Source of the DNA: Octopus vulgaris
Taxonomy: Eukaryota
Length of the DNA stretch: 64,000 nt
Assembly (NCBI GenBank): GCA_951406725.2
Contig: OX597818.1
Span: 40,424,001-40,488,000, forward strand
Reading direction: 5' to 3'
Below, in pieces: positions 27,196 through 40,360 of this stretch; position 1 is the stretch's first letter, and the number at the start of each line of letters is the position of its first letter. The notes beneath the pieces are model-generated. The model was not told the DNA's origin and ran no database searches. It saw only the letters and a list, made by a program, of their open reading frames with translations. The translations under genes and the position numbers were made by a program.

Positions 27196-27960
27196 CACGA
27201 GGGGTACCCAAAAGAAACCGGAATCTTGCAATACTCTTTTACAAAGTATTCTCCATTTGAAGCAAAGCATCGGTCGAGACGCGTTTTCCACTGTTCGAAG
27301 CGGTCCTGGTTCTTTTGCGAACTGATCCCTTTTAATGCCTCCGTCGTTTTTTTTTTCTTTACCTCTTCCACATTTGCAAATTCTAAGAACCAGCTTTCTT
27401 CACCAATGATGACCTTCGGAAAAAGGATCCGGATCAACTTCCAACTGTTACGACACGCATTCAGTCGTGATTGTTTTTCATCTTCTGTGAGCAAGCGAGG
27501 CACAAATTTTGCTGCAAGTCTTTTCATCCGCAATTCCTCGCTCAAAATTCGTTGGTAGAAGCTCCAGGACACAGCAATAAGTTCGTCAATTGTTCGATGA
27601 CGATCCTCCAAGATCAGTTCATGAATTTCATGATGTTTTCATTCGATCGGAAGGTCGATGGTCGCCCTGAGTGAGGTTGGTCTACAAGCGACAGGTGACC
27701 ATTTCTAAAGCGTGAAAACCACTCGCAAACTTGTATTTTGCTCATGACAGCGTTCTTGTAAGCTGTATGAAGCATGACAACTGTTTCGGCCGCTGTTTTC
27801 CTCAGTAGAAAACAGATTTTCATGGAGTACGCTGTTCCTTCGTTTAAATCATCGCAAAAATCGACGAACAGGAGAGAAGTACTGTAAAACAAAGACGCAT
27901 CACGTGGCAGGAAGACTCTACTCGACGACGCCGGTGTCAGGCTGATGCCTGATGGTCTCA
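27196..27960 (-). pseudogene. internally deleted mariner transposase
   Basis: HTH MKICFLLRKTAAET...EWFSRFRNG...SGRPST, KFVPRLL (WVPxxL-like), IIGEESW (first D region), C-terminal RLDRCFASNGEYF; TIR-like CACGAGGGGTACCCAAAAG at 27196. Confidence 0.85.
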
Positions 27961-28289
27961 TGCATTAGGACTGAACCTGAAACTATGAGGCTTAGAAGCA
28001 GACTTCTTACCACACACCCAAAATAATATTGGAGATTTTTTTTTCTATTATAGCATCACGAATTACATAATCTTGACACATGTTTCACTGATGTATACTC
28101 GTATGCTATGCGGTAATCATTACAAACTTGGGTATATTATCGCCCTATAACCCCAGATAATTAGATGAAAATACAAATATATTCTATCTTGGTTATCAAC
28201 ATCAGTTTGGTAGGAAGATAAAAACTGAGGACGGCAACATACAAACAGGAGCACACGCATGAACACGCGCGCGCACACACACACACACA

Positions 28290-28441
28290 TAGGAGGGGTA
28301 AGTCGATTACATCGATCCCAGTACTCAACTGGTATTTATTTTATCGACTTCGGCTGAGTTTGAACTGAGAACATAAAGACGGACGAAATGCCGCTAGGCG
28401 TTGTGCCCAGCGTGCTATCGATTCTGCCAGCTCAGCGCCTT
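28290..28441 (-). mobile_element. SINE family A, degenerate
   Basis: aagtcgattacatcga...tctgccagctc.gcgcct. Confidence 0.75.
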
Positions 28442-29206
28442 AAAATACTAAAAGCCAAATTATGTAGCATTTATTTTTGGAAATACGATTGGCATGAACT
28501 TAATTAATACGGGAGTTGATATCATTGAAATAGCATTTTGAGATTGGAATATTGCCTTTTGACTATCATCTTAAATTTTAACCGTGCCCACTCTGAGGCA
28601 GCTGTTATCGAAACAATATTCTCTCGGGGTTATAAAACGCTCTAAAATGTTTCAATCTTATGAAGAGGAAAAAAGAATTGGTTTATTAATTAAAATGTAT
28701 TAAGTAATATTTGCTGTGAGGTATGATAAAAAATTTTCAAGTAATGCTGCAAACAAATAAATAAGTTTTAACTTGTAATTCGTAAAGTAAACACGGCTTT
28801 CTATGGGTCTTTAATGCTTTAACTGGTTCTAAAGTCACGAAAATAAGCTCAAAGCTATCAAGTGAAAATTTAACATTGGATACTAATCGTTTCCGGAATC
28901 TGTTTATCAGCTACTACAGCAGATCTTAATTAAATTAAGAACAACAGAATAAGAACAAGATGGCGGACGATGAAAAATGAAGGCATACGATATTTAGACA
29001 GTATGACTGAAAGGTAAGAAGAAAATGTAACGATGAAATTTAAAAGTCGAAACGGGAAATAAATGTGCGGTAGAATAAAATGGAAGGCTCGAGTGCATGT
29101 TATAGAAGTGTAAATACATATTACAACACCAAGACGATACTGTCTTCTTAAGTTAGATATCTAACTATTTACTTAGTGTGATACTGAGTATTAACATGTC
29201 TTGAAT

Positions 29207-29351
29207 TTGGCTGTGTGGTAAGAAGCTTGCTTCCCAACCACACGATTCCGGGTTCAGTCCCACTGCATGGCAAGTGCCTTTTACTATAGCCTCAGGCTGA
29301 TCAAAAGTTAGTGAGTGGATTTTGTAGACGGAAACTGAAAGAAGGCCTCTT

Positions 29352-29391
<40 letters not shown>

Positions 29392-29607
29392 ATGTGTGTG
29401 TGTGTGTGTGTCTGTGTCTGTGTTTGTCCCCCCCCCACCGAGTCATGATAACCAGTGTTGGTGTGTTTACCTGCCTGTAATTTAGTAGTCCAGCAAAAGG
29501 GAAAAATAGAATAAGTACCAGGCTTTTAAAAAAGGATTGGGGTGATTAGTTCGACTAAAAATTCAAGGCCGTGCCCCAGCGTGGCCGAAGTCTAATAACT
29601 GAAACAA
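29207..29607 (+). mobile_element. SINE family B
   Basis: family match. Confidence 0.85.
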
Positions 29608-29772
29608 AACATAGTATGTAAATATACATATGTATATAAATTCAGTTAGAAGTTAAATTAGCCTCATTAAGGGATGGTATCGTCAAATGAATTACTGGTT
29701 CAATACATAATATTTGTTGTGAATAATGATATTCATAAAACAATAGGTTTATATATAAATCGTGGTTTATTA

Positions 29773-29882
29773 CCATTCAAAAGAAAGCAAGAAAATGGAG
29801 ATATAGCATTTATGCTTGATCTTTGCAGATAATAAATTTTTATTAAATGCTATATCTCCGTTTTCTACCTTTCTTTTGAATG
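29773..29882. repeat. imperfect inverted repeat, ~39-bp arms
   Basis: cattcaaaagaaag..gaaaatggagatatagcattta / taaatgctatatctccgttttc..ctttcttttgaatg. Confidence 0.8.
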
Positions 29883-30048
29883 ATTATATATATAAATATT
29901 ATTGTTTCTAAATCTCTCTAAAGGAGACTACGGCAGCTGTACTGGGTATGAATAGTTATCGCCAAGCTAACATGTCAGTCCAGAAAAATAGGACGAATGC
30001 TGCCGTGGATTAGCTCCAAGAGGCTATCGTCTCTACATGTATGTGTAT

Positions 30049-30115
<67 letters not shown>

Positions 30116-30122
30116 CACACAC

Positions 30123-30340
30123 AAGGCGGCGAGCTGGCAGAAACGTTAGCACGCCGGGCGAAATGCGTTGCCGTATTTCGTCTGTTTTTACGTTCGAAGT
30201 TCAAATTCCGCCGAGGTCGACTTTGCCTTTCATCCTTTCGGGGGTCGATGAATTAAGTACCAGTTACGCACTGGGTTCGATGTAATCGATTTAATCCCTT
30301 TGTCTGTCCTTGTTTGTCCCCTCTGTGGGTAGTAAAGAAA
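30123..30340 (+). mobile_element. SINE family A
   Basis: family match. Confidence 0.9.
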
Positions 30341-31069
30341 TATATACATATACACACACACACACACACACATTAACAAGGGAGATAACCGCCCCATGAG
30401 CGAAACTGCATATATACATATACATGTGTGTAAGGGAGGCGTGCGCGTATGTGTAAGTAGTTACATAGTTATGAGAGCGCACTTCTTTATTACGTCTTGA
30501 TGCAGCGGCCCAAGAGTTGTGCGGTTTCTTCTCCCGCTTCTATCAATCATGAAAATCTGGTAACATTTTTGCCAGTAGATTGAGCTACTTTATAAAAATA
30601 TTTTAACTCAGAGAACAGTTTGATTTGGTGAGTGTCTCTGCTACGAATACAGTTTTGCATCATTAATAACAAGGAGCGATCATTGACTGGAGAAATCTAT
30701 TGTGGGGAGTCTATCTGCTGCATCTTTTGCGACTCACAAATTGCCAATATATCTATATATAAATGAAATGAATTAATACAAAGAAAACGAAATTCAAAAA
30801 ATAATATCTTATAGATTAATATTTCTCTTAATCTTCCATTATATATTTTATCGATATGTTATTATAAAGATCTATAAACCATTATAATTGAAGATTAGGA
30901 AAAGATCCATTCATGATTCGTCAAATCGCCTTGCTATCATTTCATCATATTGTCATAGATACACGAAAAAAGATTTCTTTCTTTTAATTAGTTTCTGTAT
31001 TCAGTGGGTGATACACAAGTTGGATGTATAAGCATTCAGAAAAATATATGGGTGCACACGTATATACAT

Positions 31070-31595
31070 AAACGCGATACGGTTTTCGCAATCCGGTTTC
31101 AATTCTGCAGTTGCTATTCATGTATATACTAAAACGCAATAAGGCGGCGAGTTGGCAGAAACGTTAGCACGCCGGGCGAAATGAGTAGCCGTGTTTTTTG
31201 TCTGTCGTTAAGTTCCGAGTTCAAATTCCGCCGAGGTCGACTTTGCTTTTCATCTTTTCGGGGTCGATAAATTAAGTACCAGTCACGCACTGGTTCCCCT
31301 CTGTGCTTAGCCCCTTGTGGGTAGTAAAAAAAAAAAGGGGGTTAAAAAAGACAAGATGTTCTCTCAATTGCTGCAGGATTAATAATAGATCTGCACAAGC
31401 AGGGATGCCTCAGAGATAAACAAAAAGTACAACGACTACCCTCTTCTGGGTAGTAAAGAAATATATACTCAAACGCAATACGGTTTTCGTAATCCGCTTT
31501 CAATTCTGTATTTGCTATTCATGTATATACTAAAACGCAATACGGTTTTCGCAAACCGGTTTCAATTTCATAGCTGCTACTCTGTAGTTGCTATT
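31070..31595 (+). repeat. ~61-bp minisatellite interrupted by SINE family A (31141-~31460)
   Basis: unit aaacgcaatacggttttcgcaatccggtttcaattctg..ttgctattcatgtatatact; SINE flanked by tatatact(a/c)aaacgcaata. Confidence 0.8.
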
Positions 31596-31764
31596 ATTAT
31601 TTTTTTCTTCCAATATCATCATTGGGAAAGTATGATGTTCATGAGGTTCAGGTGTTTCTTTCTTCAATCCTGCTATCTCAGATGACTTGATAAAGAAAAA
31701 TTTAAGCTTGAGAGTTATCAATATCACGCTCTTTATCTACACACACCCACTGACATGCATAACC

Positions 31765-32150
31765 TTTTATTCTTTTATTGTTCTACTTGTTTCAATCATT
31801 TGACTGCGGCCATGCTGGAGCACCATCTTAAAAAGATTTTAATCGAAGAATTCGACCCCCACGACTTATTTTTTATAAGCGTAGTACTTTTTCTATCGGT
31901 TTCTTTTGCCGAACCACTAAGCTACAGTGACGTAAATACACCAACATCAGTTGTCAAGCGATGGTGGTGGTGGTGGTGGTGGTGGAAACAGACACAGGCA
32001 CAAAGAACACACACATAAACACACACACATACACGCACACACATATATACGACGGGATTCCTTCTGTTTCCGTCTGCCAAATCCACTCACAAGGCCTTGG
32101 TCGGGTTGAGGCTATAGTAGAAGACACTTGCCCAAGGTGCTACGCAGTGG
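31765..32150 (-). mobile_element. SINE family B
   Basis: family match. Confidence 0.85.
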
Positions 32151-32282
32151 TATATGTATTATATATATATGTGTGTATGTATGTGTGTATGTGTGTATGT
32201 ATACATGTGTCTGCATTCATGTGTGAGCATGTGTATACACAATATATTTACGTATATGTACACATATACATATACACATATA

Positions 32283-32323
<41 letters not shown>

Positions 32324-32401
32324 AAGTATACACACACTCATATATATATATATATATATATATAAGTATACACACACTCATAAGTATATATATATATATA
32401 T

Positions 32402-32688
32402 CCGCAATGGCCTAGTGGCTAGGGCAGCGGACTCGCGGTCGCAGGATCGCGGTTTCGATTCCCAGACCGGGCGTTGTGTGTGTTTATTGAGCGAAAACAC
32501 CTAGAAAGCTCCACGAGGCTCCGGCAGGGGCTGGTGATCCCTGCTGTACTCTTTCACCACTCTTTCTCCCACTCTTTCTCCTGTTGGCCTGCTCGCTTAG
32601 CCAGCGGGGTGGCGTCATTCGAAGGCTAAAACAATGCGAACGCATTGTGACCACATCCGATGGTCTGGTCGGTCACGTGATCACGTGA
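32402..32688 (+). mobile_element. tRNA-headed SINE (head D, tail G ending CACGTGATCACGTGA)
   Basis: A/B boxes tggcctagtgg / ggtttcgattccc; tail differs from 26453 and 19432. Confidence 0.8.
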
Positions 32689-33735
32689 TATATATATATA
32701 TATATATTGTGTGTGTATGAGATAATGCACGTGCAGGGAGAAGGGGAGAGAGGTCAAGAGAGGGTGAAAGAGAGAGAGAGAGAGGAACTGACAGATGGTT
32801 ATAAAATCAACATTATCAGAGAATGGTCTTATAAAATCCACACCTTCGATATAGATCGAGTTAATACACTTATAAAAATCTGACGAATAATTAACCGTAT
32901 TATGGCTCATACAACACCGTCATGTTGAAATAAAGCAACATCCACGCGATACAAATTCTGGTCTTCAGTTCCGTTCCGTTCCGTTCGCTTTTCTGATAAT
33001 GCTCAGATTCGTGATTAAAAACTAATCAATATTCATTTGTAAAGCCCACATCAGCAAGAGGTTAACGAATCTGCAAAGTTCAAATGACTTGATTACTCTA
33101 TGCTAATCGTTTTTTAAGTTAATAATAATGACTATCTGGCGTTAATACGGCAATATTATATCTGTACCAGCTTTTAAGGAGCAATGAACACATTTGCAAA
33201 GTCGTTGACACTTAAGCTGTTACCAGCCGGCGAACACCATTTTCTGATGGACTCTTGTTTCATATTAGCATTAGCTTCAGCCGGCACACAGCTTCTAATT
33301 AGCCAATTCCAGACAACCAGAAAGTCTAGAGAAAGTATTTTCTTTATTGTTGTTAATAAATTTATATATTTAGATTTTCTTCATTAGGGAATGATAGCAA
33401 CCAGATGAAGGTCATTGACTAAGTATCAGTTGAATACCAATTTCCGATTAGACTCCTCTTTTCGGAGTAGGCAACAAACTGAGGTCAATACGCAGACAAC
33501 TTTCATCAATTACACTTCTAGAATAATGATATATTTTTCACTGGCCAGTTTTAAGGGAACAACTAGTATCGATTCTCTTGTTCCCACTATATTACAGCTA
33601 CATCTTTTATGAAAGAGATATGTATGTATGTATGTATGTATGTATAAATAAATAAACAATTGCAGCGTGGAGGGTGTTTATAGGCCATTTAAGAAACACA
33701 CAAAAACCGTTAGATTCACTTCAACATTTAAATTT

Positions 33736-34015
33736 AATTTGTCAAAATATTTTCGTCGCTTGGAGACCGCGACCTGTTCACTGACAAAATTCTGTGCTGC
33801 ATCTCGGAATTACAAATACAAATACCTAGAGCTTCTTTCGAATGAAAATTTGTCAGCAGTTTCCATATCTATTGCTAATATCTAATGCTGGAGAGAAGAC
33901 GAGAGATATATGCGGTGATATATATTTGGAAGATCTTGGAGAGTTAGCTTGCAGCACGGAATTTTGTCAGTGAACAGGTCGCGGTCTCCAAGCAACGAAA
34001 ATATTTTGACAAATT
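33736..34015. ncRNA. inverted pair of hammerhead-like motifs with G3-C8 core (33738-33788 minus; 33963-34013 plus)
   Basis: tttgtca GTGAACA G GTCGC ggtctccaa GC(G/A)AC GAA AATATT T tgacaaa. Confidence 0.6.
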
Positions 34016-34196
34016 TCAAAGCATTTCTTATGCAAAGCCAGAAACCCGGGATCTGGAATTATCCAGTAATTTTTTGCTAGTTCATTTTGTCTTTTTGTTT
34101 TCTCTCCTAGTGCTGTATGAACTTTTAATGTGGTTTTAGAGTCATGTTTTGGCTGCTATTTTAAGCGTGGTGGTATCTCTTAGATACCCTAAATTA

Positions 34197-34232
<36 letters not shown>

Positions 34233-34235
<3 letters not shown>

Positions 34236-34482
34236 GAGGGACTGTCAAAAAGTAATGTCAGTTTAGGAGAGGTATAATTACCAACACAGGAACAGGTATC
34301 ATACATCAAAACGAAGCTGGTCCTCTGTGGATCACAGGTCTACTTCTTAACATAGTCACCGTTTCTCTCAATAGCAATGTTCCACCTTCGAATGCCCCAG
34401 AAACGGTGATGTATGATGCATACTCCTGTGTTGGTAATTATACTTGTCCTAAACTGGCATAACGTTTTGACTCAGCCTCGTG
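34233..34482. mobile_element. mariner-derived MITE
   Basis: TA|TACGAGGG...CCTCGTG|TA with ~75-bp imperfect TIRs (tataattaccaacacagga / tcctgtgttggtaattata). Confidence 0.8.
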
Positions 34483-34725
34483 TATATATGTATACCTGAT
34501 AGAATTTCCTTTCAGGATGTAAAAGAATGAAATAGAATAATGCATTTTCCTCTTCTGTCCGATAGTCGACGGTCTTGATGCGGCCTAGATAATGATAAAT
34601 CTCAATTTTGGGCAACAAGACTACATATTACTGTAGACACGTGAAGTCTATAAAGCCAGCTCCTTTACTTGGCCCATACATATTTTAGCTACCCTTATAT
34701 ATATATACATACATATACACGCATG

Positions 34726-34763
<38 letters not shown>

Positions 34764-34764
34764 C

Positions 34765-34839
<75 letters not shown>

Positions 34840-34929
34840 TTTTATGTTTTATCTTTTACTGGCTTCAGCTCGGTGCTGTGGTCATGCTGGTACAACACCT
34901 GTAGTTACTCGGTGGTGGTTTTTCCGGTA

Positions 34930-35240
34930 TTGTTTTTGGTGAAGTAGCGAGTTGGACGGGGCTGCACTTCTTTGCATCTCCTGCAGCGATGTGGATTCAT
35001 CTGGTATCTCAGATAGAAACCTGTCAAGACCTTCCTTGAAAACTTCCACATCAACACCATGTAGATCTCTATTGAACAATTGCGGGCCCCTGAAACCCAG
35101 ACTATTGCAGTATTGTGTCCTTGTTTTAGATGGAGAAGAGATCTTTGGTATGATGCAGTGCCGTCCAGTTCGAGGATTGGTATAGCTGTCAATTCCAAAA
35201 TCGGGAGCTAACCCTACAAGATCTTCCATATATATATCAC
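34930..35240 (-). pseudogene. CR1-like LINE ORF2 C-terminal fragment
   Basis: GLAPDFGI...RTGRHCIIP...NSLGFRGPQLFN..FKEGLDRFLSEIPDE...SNSLLHQ. Confidence 0.7.
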
Positions 35241-35643
35241 CGCATATCTCTCTCGTCTTCTCCCCAGCATTAGATATTAGCAATAGATATGGAAACTGCT
35301 GACAAATTTTCATTCGAAAGAAGCTCTACGTATTTGTATTTCTTTATTCTCTTTAATTTTTCCTTTCACTCTCTTTATATTTCTTTCTTTCTTTTTCTTT
35401 CTCTCTCTCAATTACTCTTTCTTTTTCTCTCTCTCTCCTATATTAATTTATCTGTCTGACTTTCTACTTAAACACTTGTACTCAAAAGTAATTGCTTGTT
35501 CACGCTATAAATTGATACAGTAGTGGAAATTGAAAGTTAGCTGCGTGATTGCCTGTTTTAATGAACTTAACGATGTAATGGGAAAATTGTATGTTCACGT
35601 CGATAGAGCTGTCAGAATGATAACGATAAAGATAAAGATAAAG

Positions 35644-35688
<45 letters not shown>

Positions 35689-36111
35689 GCAACAACAATA
35701 ATTATAGGGTTATGAGGATGGTCAGACGGCTGTTGTTAGCACCACCATTTCCAGGGCCCTATCGATATGTGCTACATGTTTTATGATTACTGATAGGAGA
35801 TGAGGTCATGTAACTTTGATGCCGTTTTGTCTATATGACATTGACTCATCTACATGGGAAATGTTTCTAAGCGGAAATCGAAAACCAGTTTGGAGGATGC
35901 AATGATGTATCACGTTGGCAGTTAGGCAAACACCAAAAAGAAAAAAAAAACAAAATGAGATATGTAAAATCAATTTAATCTACCCAATTACATTACTGTT
36001 ACGTATATTATCGATCTCTGCTACAATTAAAGGGCAAAATCGATATCGGTAGTAATGGAGCTGAATATCTAAAGGGGTGTAACTGAATACTGTGAATAAT
36101 TTGTGTCCGCT

Positions 36112-36310
36112 TCTCTTTTACCTGTTTCAGTAATTTGACTGTGGTCATGCTGGAGCACCGCCTTTAGTCGAGCAAATCGACCCCGGGACTTATTCTTTGT
36201 AAGCCTAGTACTTATTCTATCGGTTTCTTTTGCCGAACCGCTAAGTTACGGGGACGTAAACGCACCACTATCGCTTGTCAAGCGATGTTGGGGAGATAAA
36301 CACAGACACA

Positions 36311-36366
<56 letters not shown>

Positions 36367-36410
36367 AACATATATACGACGAGCTTCTTTCAGTTTCCGT
36401 CTACCAAATC
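36112..36410 (-). mobile_element. SINE family B, 5'-truncated
   Basis: family match. Confidence 0.85.
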
Positions 36411-37026
36411 ATATAGGCAACAGTCAGCAATCCCACAATGCATGCAAAACTCCAGGTATTCCAACAAAAACAGGAAGAAAAAGATGAAGAACAACAACAA
36501 CAACAGCAAAAACAATAACAATAACAGCAACAACAACAGCAGTAGCAACGAAAATCAATAGTAAATATTCATAAGATCGACATCGTCGGAAACAAACTAC
36601 TACTCCATATTGTTGATGACAATCTAAATAAAGAACTGGACATATTCCGAAGCCCCCCAAACAAAACTACATGCATATTTTACGGTGACATTCGACCTCA
36701 AGACGAAACTAACATAGAATGCTTTTGTAAAATTTGGAGAGAAATGAACCCGAATCTGAACGTAAAGTTGGGCCCCGATAGCTAAGTTAAGAAAATACAT
36801 TCATAAAACAAAAGAGAAAAGCAAAGAAAAATATTCGAAATCAAAATAGAAGTACACATGAAACATAAAATTATTGAGAAGACATATCATGAAGATAAAG
36901 CTAACATGTGCAAAATAAAGAAGATAAATAATAAATCAAACTAAAACTTAATCCTAAATAAACAACAGTATAATGATTAACAAAACCGAAACACAGTTCT
37001 ATATTTAAGAAATGAAGAATTACGTA

Positions 37027-37090
37027 CATTATTTACATTTGACGGATATTTATCCTGATGAGGACAAATATCCGTCAAATGTAAATAATG
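37027..37090. repeat. 30-bp-arm hairpin
   Basis: cattatttacatttgacggatatttatcct GATG aggacaaatatccgtcaaatgtaaataatg. Confidence 0.9.
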
Positions 37091-37517
37091 AAAATATACC
37101 GAAACAGAACGACATGAAAAATATGATTGAAAAAGAATATGACTTAACAATAGAAAATTCTAAAGCTGAAATGACAAACATAACAAAAGGACACATGACC
37201 ATAAATGTCGCCAGGTGAAACAAACTAATGTATGTAACAGCCGCACTGATTTAATAGAAACAGGCATGAGCATAAATATCACCAAGTTAAACAAGTTAAT
37301 ATATGTAACAGCTGCAATAGTTATAGAAAAAATATTGGTATTCATTAAAATATGTTCATTGGAATATTAGAAGCCTAGCAAACAAGGTGAAATAGAAGTA
37401 AAAATGCTAGAAAATAAAGAATATATTGCAGTCCTTAACACAATCAATTTTAAGGATACACAAATTAAAACGATAAAGCGAATGAAAGAACTTAATGAAA
37501 TAAAATATATGAAAATA

Positions 37518-37619
37518 GGCGCAGAAGTGGCTGTGTGGTAAGTAGCTTGCTAACCAACCACATGGTTCCGGGTTCAGTCCCACTGCGTGGCATCTTGGGC
37601 AAGTGTCTTCTGCTATATG

Positions 37620-37650
<31 letters not shown>

Positions 37651-37860
37651 TTGTGTTTGTCCCTCTAGCATTGCTTGACAACCGCTGCTGGTGTGTTTAC
37701 GTCCCCGTAACTTAGCGGTTCGGCAAAAGAGACCGATAGAATAAGTACTGGGCTTACAAAGAATAAGTCCCGGGGTCGATTTGCTCGACAAAAGGCGGTG
37801 CTCCAGCATGGCCGCAGTCAAATGACTGAAACAAATAAAAGAGTAAAAAGAGTAAGAGAG
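37518..37860 (+). mobile_element. SINE family B with internal deletion
   Basis: family match. Confidence 0.9.
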
Positions 37861-38324
37861 TAAGTACCCCAAATAAAAAAAAGTGCATGAAACAAGCGAT
37901 CCACGTTTAATCACAGAAAACTTATAGTTATGCTGTGCAAAAACGTTTGTTTGTGTAAAATAAATAGTTAGATCCAACCCAAACAATTTTATCAAGAATT
38001 AGGTAAAAAAACGAAGGAAATGCCGTGCCAATAAAAAATATTAGAGAATCAGAGATTGAGGTATAGCAGTGGACGTATCGATCTGAATAAGAATGTTCAA
38101 AATAACAATACAACATAGGAACAATCATACGGGTAATCTGGGTTTCACACCGAATGCAAGCTGATCTCTTAAAACCTCAATTCCAAAGCCACGGGTGTAC
38201 AATTTTTCGGAAAATCCACCCGTATTTTCCGAATTTTCTTGATAGATCTTTGTATATTCTTTTCTACTCTAGGCACAAGGCCCGACTTTTTGGGGGAGGG
38301 AGCCAGTCGATTAGATCGAACCCA

Positions 38325-38633
38325 ATACGCAGAAGGTACTTAATTTATCGACCCTGAAAGAATGAAAGGCAAAGTCGACCACGGCGGAATTTGAATTCAG
38401 AACGTAAAGACAAACGAAATACCTATTTCTTTACTACCCACAAGGGGCTAAACACAGAGGGGACAAACAAGGACAGACAAAGGGATTAAGTCGATTACAT
38501 CGACCCCAGTGCGTAACTGGTACTTGATTTATAGACCTCGAAAGGATGAAAGGCAAAGTCAACCTCGGCAGAATTTGAACTCAGAACGTAACGGCAGACG
38601 AAATACGGCTACGCATTTCGCCCGCCGTGCTAA
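38325..38633 (-). mobile_element. SINE family A dimer
   Basis: two bodies joined at cgaaatacctatttcttt. Confidence 0.85.
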
Positions 38634-39004
38634 TCACTGGGTCCTCCTATTTGTGTGGCATAGTGCAGAGTCCTGTTGCCAGACATAGAGTCTTCCAGCA
38701 GTCACTCTCTTGACCAAGGGCAGCACTACCTCCTCCAGGCACTTGATGTATGCCGTCTTGTTGAGTCTGTGGCCATGTGGAAAGATGAATGGCGACATAA
38801 CGTCGCCATCACTAGTGATCACTCCAAATACCATGATGTTGACTAGATGTTTGATTTTTACCACTCTCAGTACATGTCCTCAGATTGCACTCTCCTCAGA
38901 TTGACACCCAAACACTCTGAAATGTTTGTATTGGAGCTTCCGGCTTGAATGCCAAGCAGTACAGATTGTCGTTTCCAAATTTCTGGCAGACTTAATTGCG
39001 TCAT
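38634..39004 (-). pseudogene. Tc1/mariner-superfamily (maT/DD37D-like) transposase fragments
   Basis: N-terminus MTQLSLPEIWKRQSVLLGIQAGSSNTNISECLGVNLRRVQ; catalytic region IMVFGVITSDGDVMSPFIFP...YVWQQDSALCH. Confidence 0.8.
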
Positions 39005-39104
39005 GGTGCTATCTTTCTCACAGACGGTGCCTAACCGCACCTGCTATACTGTGTACTATTGTACTATAGTGTATAGTCGACAAAATGCTAAACAATGTGC
39101 AATA

Positions 39105-39295
39105 ATAAGGGCGAAAAATTGAAAAATTGAATATTAATTTGATTAATATCAATTTAAAACCAGTGGTCTAGCATATAGAAAAATCTGAAGATTCAGAAAA
39201 ATGATATTACATACATATAAGAGGGATGACCACTAAGTGGACATTCATTATGCTAGAAGTCGACCCCGATGGATGTCCACTTAATGGTCATCCCT

Positions 39296-39306
<11 letters not shown>
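39105..39306. mobile_element. (TA)n-adjacent repeat with terminal inverted segment; second copy at 56030-56180
   Basis: 39211-39244 inverted against 39273-39306; homologous to 56030-56180. Confidence 0.7.
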
Positions 39307-39363
<57 letters not shown>

Positions 39364-39373
39364 CATACATACA

Positions 39374-39417
<44 letters not shown>

Positions 39418-39684
39418 AGATTCAGTTGAATTAGGTATTCGAACTGAGGCACCTTACCAGTTCGGTTTAGTCTGTACAGCTCATCAATATTATTTGAATA
39501 TTGAACATCAAGACTGCGTGTAGTGGTGTTTGTACCAAATATTCCTGCCGTGTGTGCAGACAATGCAATCCAGCTAAGTGGATATTACAGCTCTTCGTAA
39601 TTCAGACAAGTACATTTTATAAAGATATTTTTTATAGTATTTCCGAAGTGCAGATTCCAAGTTAGGTGAACAGAATGTAAATAA

Positions 39685-40194
39685 GTAACAAAGGTGTTCA
39701 TGCATCAATACATTACAGCCGTTTCAAGCGGCTCCATTTAACTGACTAATGAAAACATCTCTTTAGATGACCATATAGATTTCAAACATAAAGCATAAAC
39801 CGTTTTAACAAAATTATTTCAATAATAGAAACCAAAATAATTACATTGTTTAGTTATGTTATATAAGTGCCAGAACGAATTTAGAAAATAATGCATATCT
39901 TATTAAGCCTACTATAATTTATAATTTACTTTCTAAATTATAGTAGGTTTAATAAAATATCCATTATTTTCTAAACTCATTCTGCCACAGATTTAACATA
40001 AGGAAACAATGTAATTATTTTGGTTGCTATTATTGATCTAAATTTGTTTAAAATAGTTTATCCTTTATGCTTGAAAACTATATGGTCGTCTGAAGAAAGC
40101 GATTTCTTCAAATTGATGTAATATTTTCATTAATCAATTAAATGGAGCCGCTTGAAACGGCCGTAATGTATTGACAACTGTACATCTTTGTTAC
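39685..40194. repeat. ~500-bp diverged inverted repeat (Penelope-like)
   Basis: arms meet at ~39921/39934; terminal caatacattac.gccgtttcaagcggctccatttaa against its complement. Confidence 0.85.
40087..40168 (+). ncRNA. type-I hammerhead ribozyme candidate, canonical core
   Basis: cgt CTGAAGA AAGCG ...47 nt... CGCTT GAA ACGGCCGT A atg. Confidence 0.65.
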
Positions 40195-40259
40195 ATACTC
40201 ACATTCTCTCTCTATGTACATATATATATATATATGTATATCTTTATATATATGTATAT

Positions 40260-40360
<101 letters not shown>

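Noticed and set aside
37053-37070. CTGATGAG as a hammerhead core
   Set aside because: Created by the hairpin junction; no downstream stem II-GAAA-stem III
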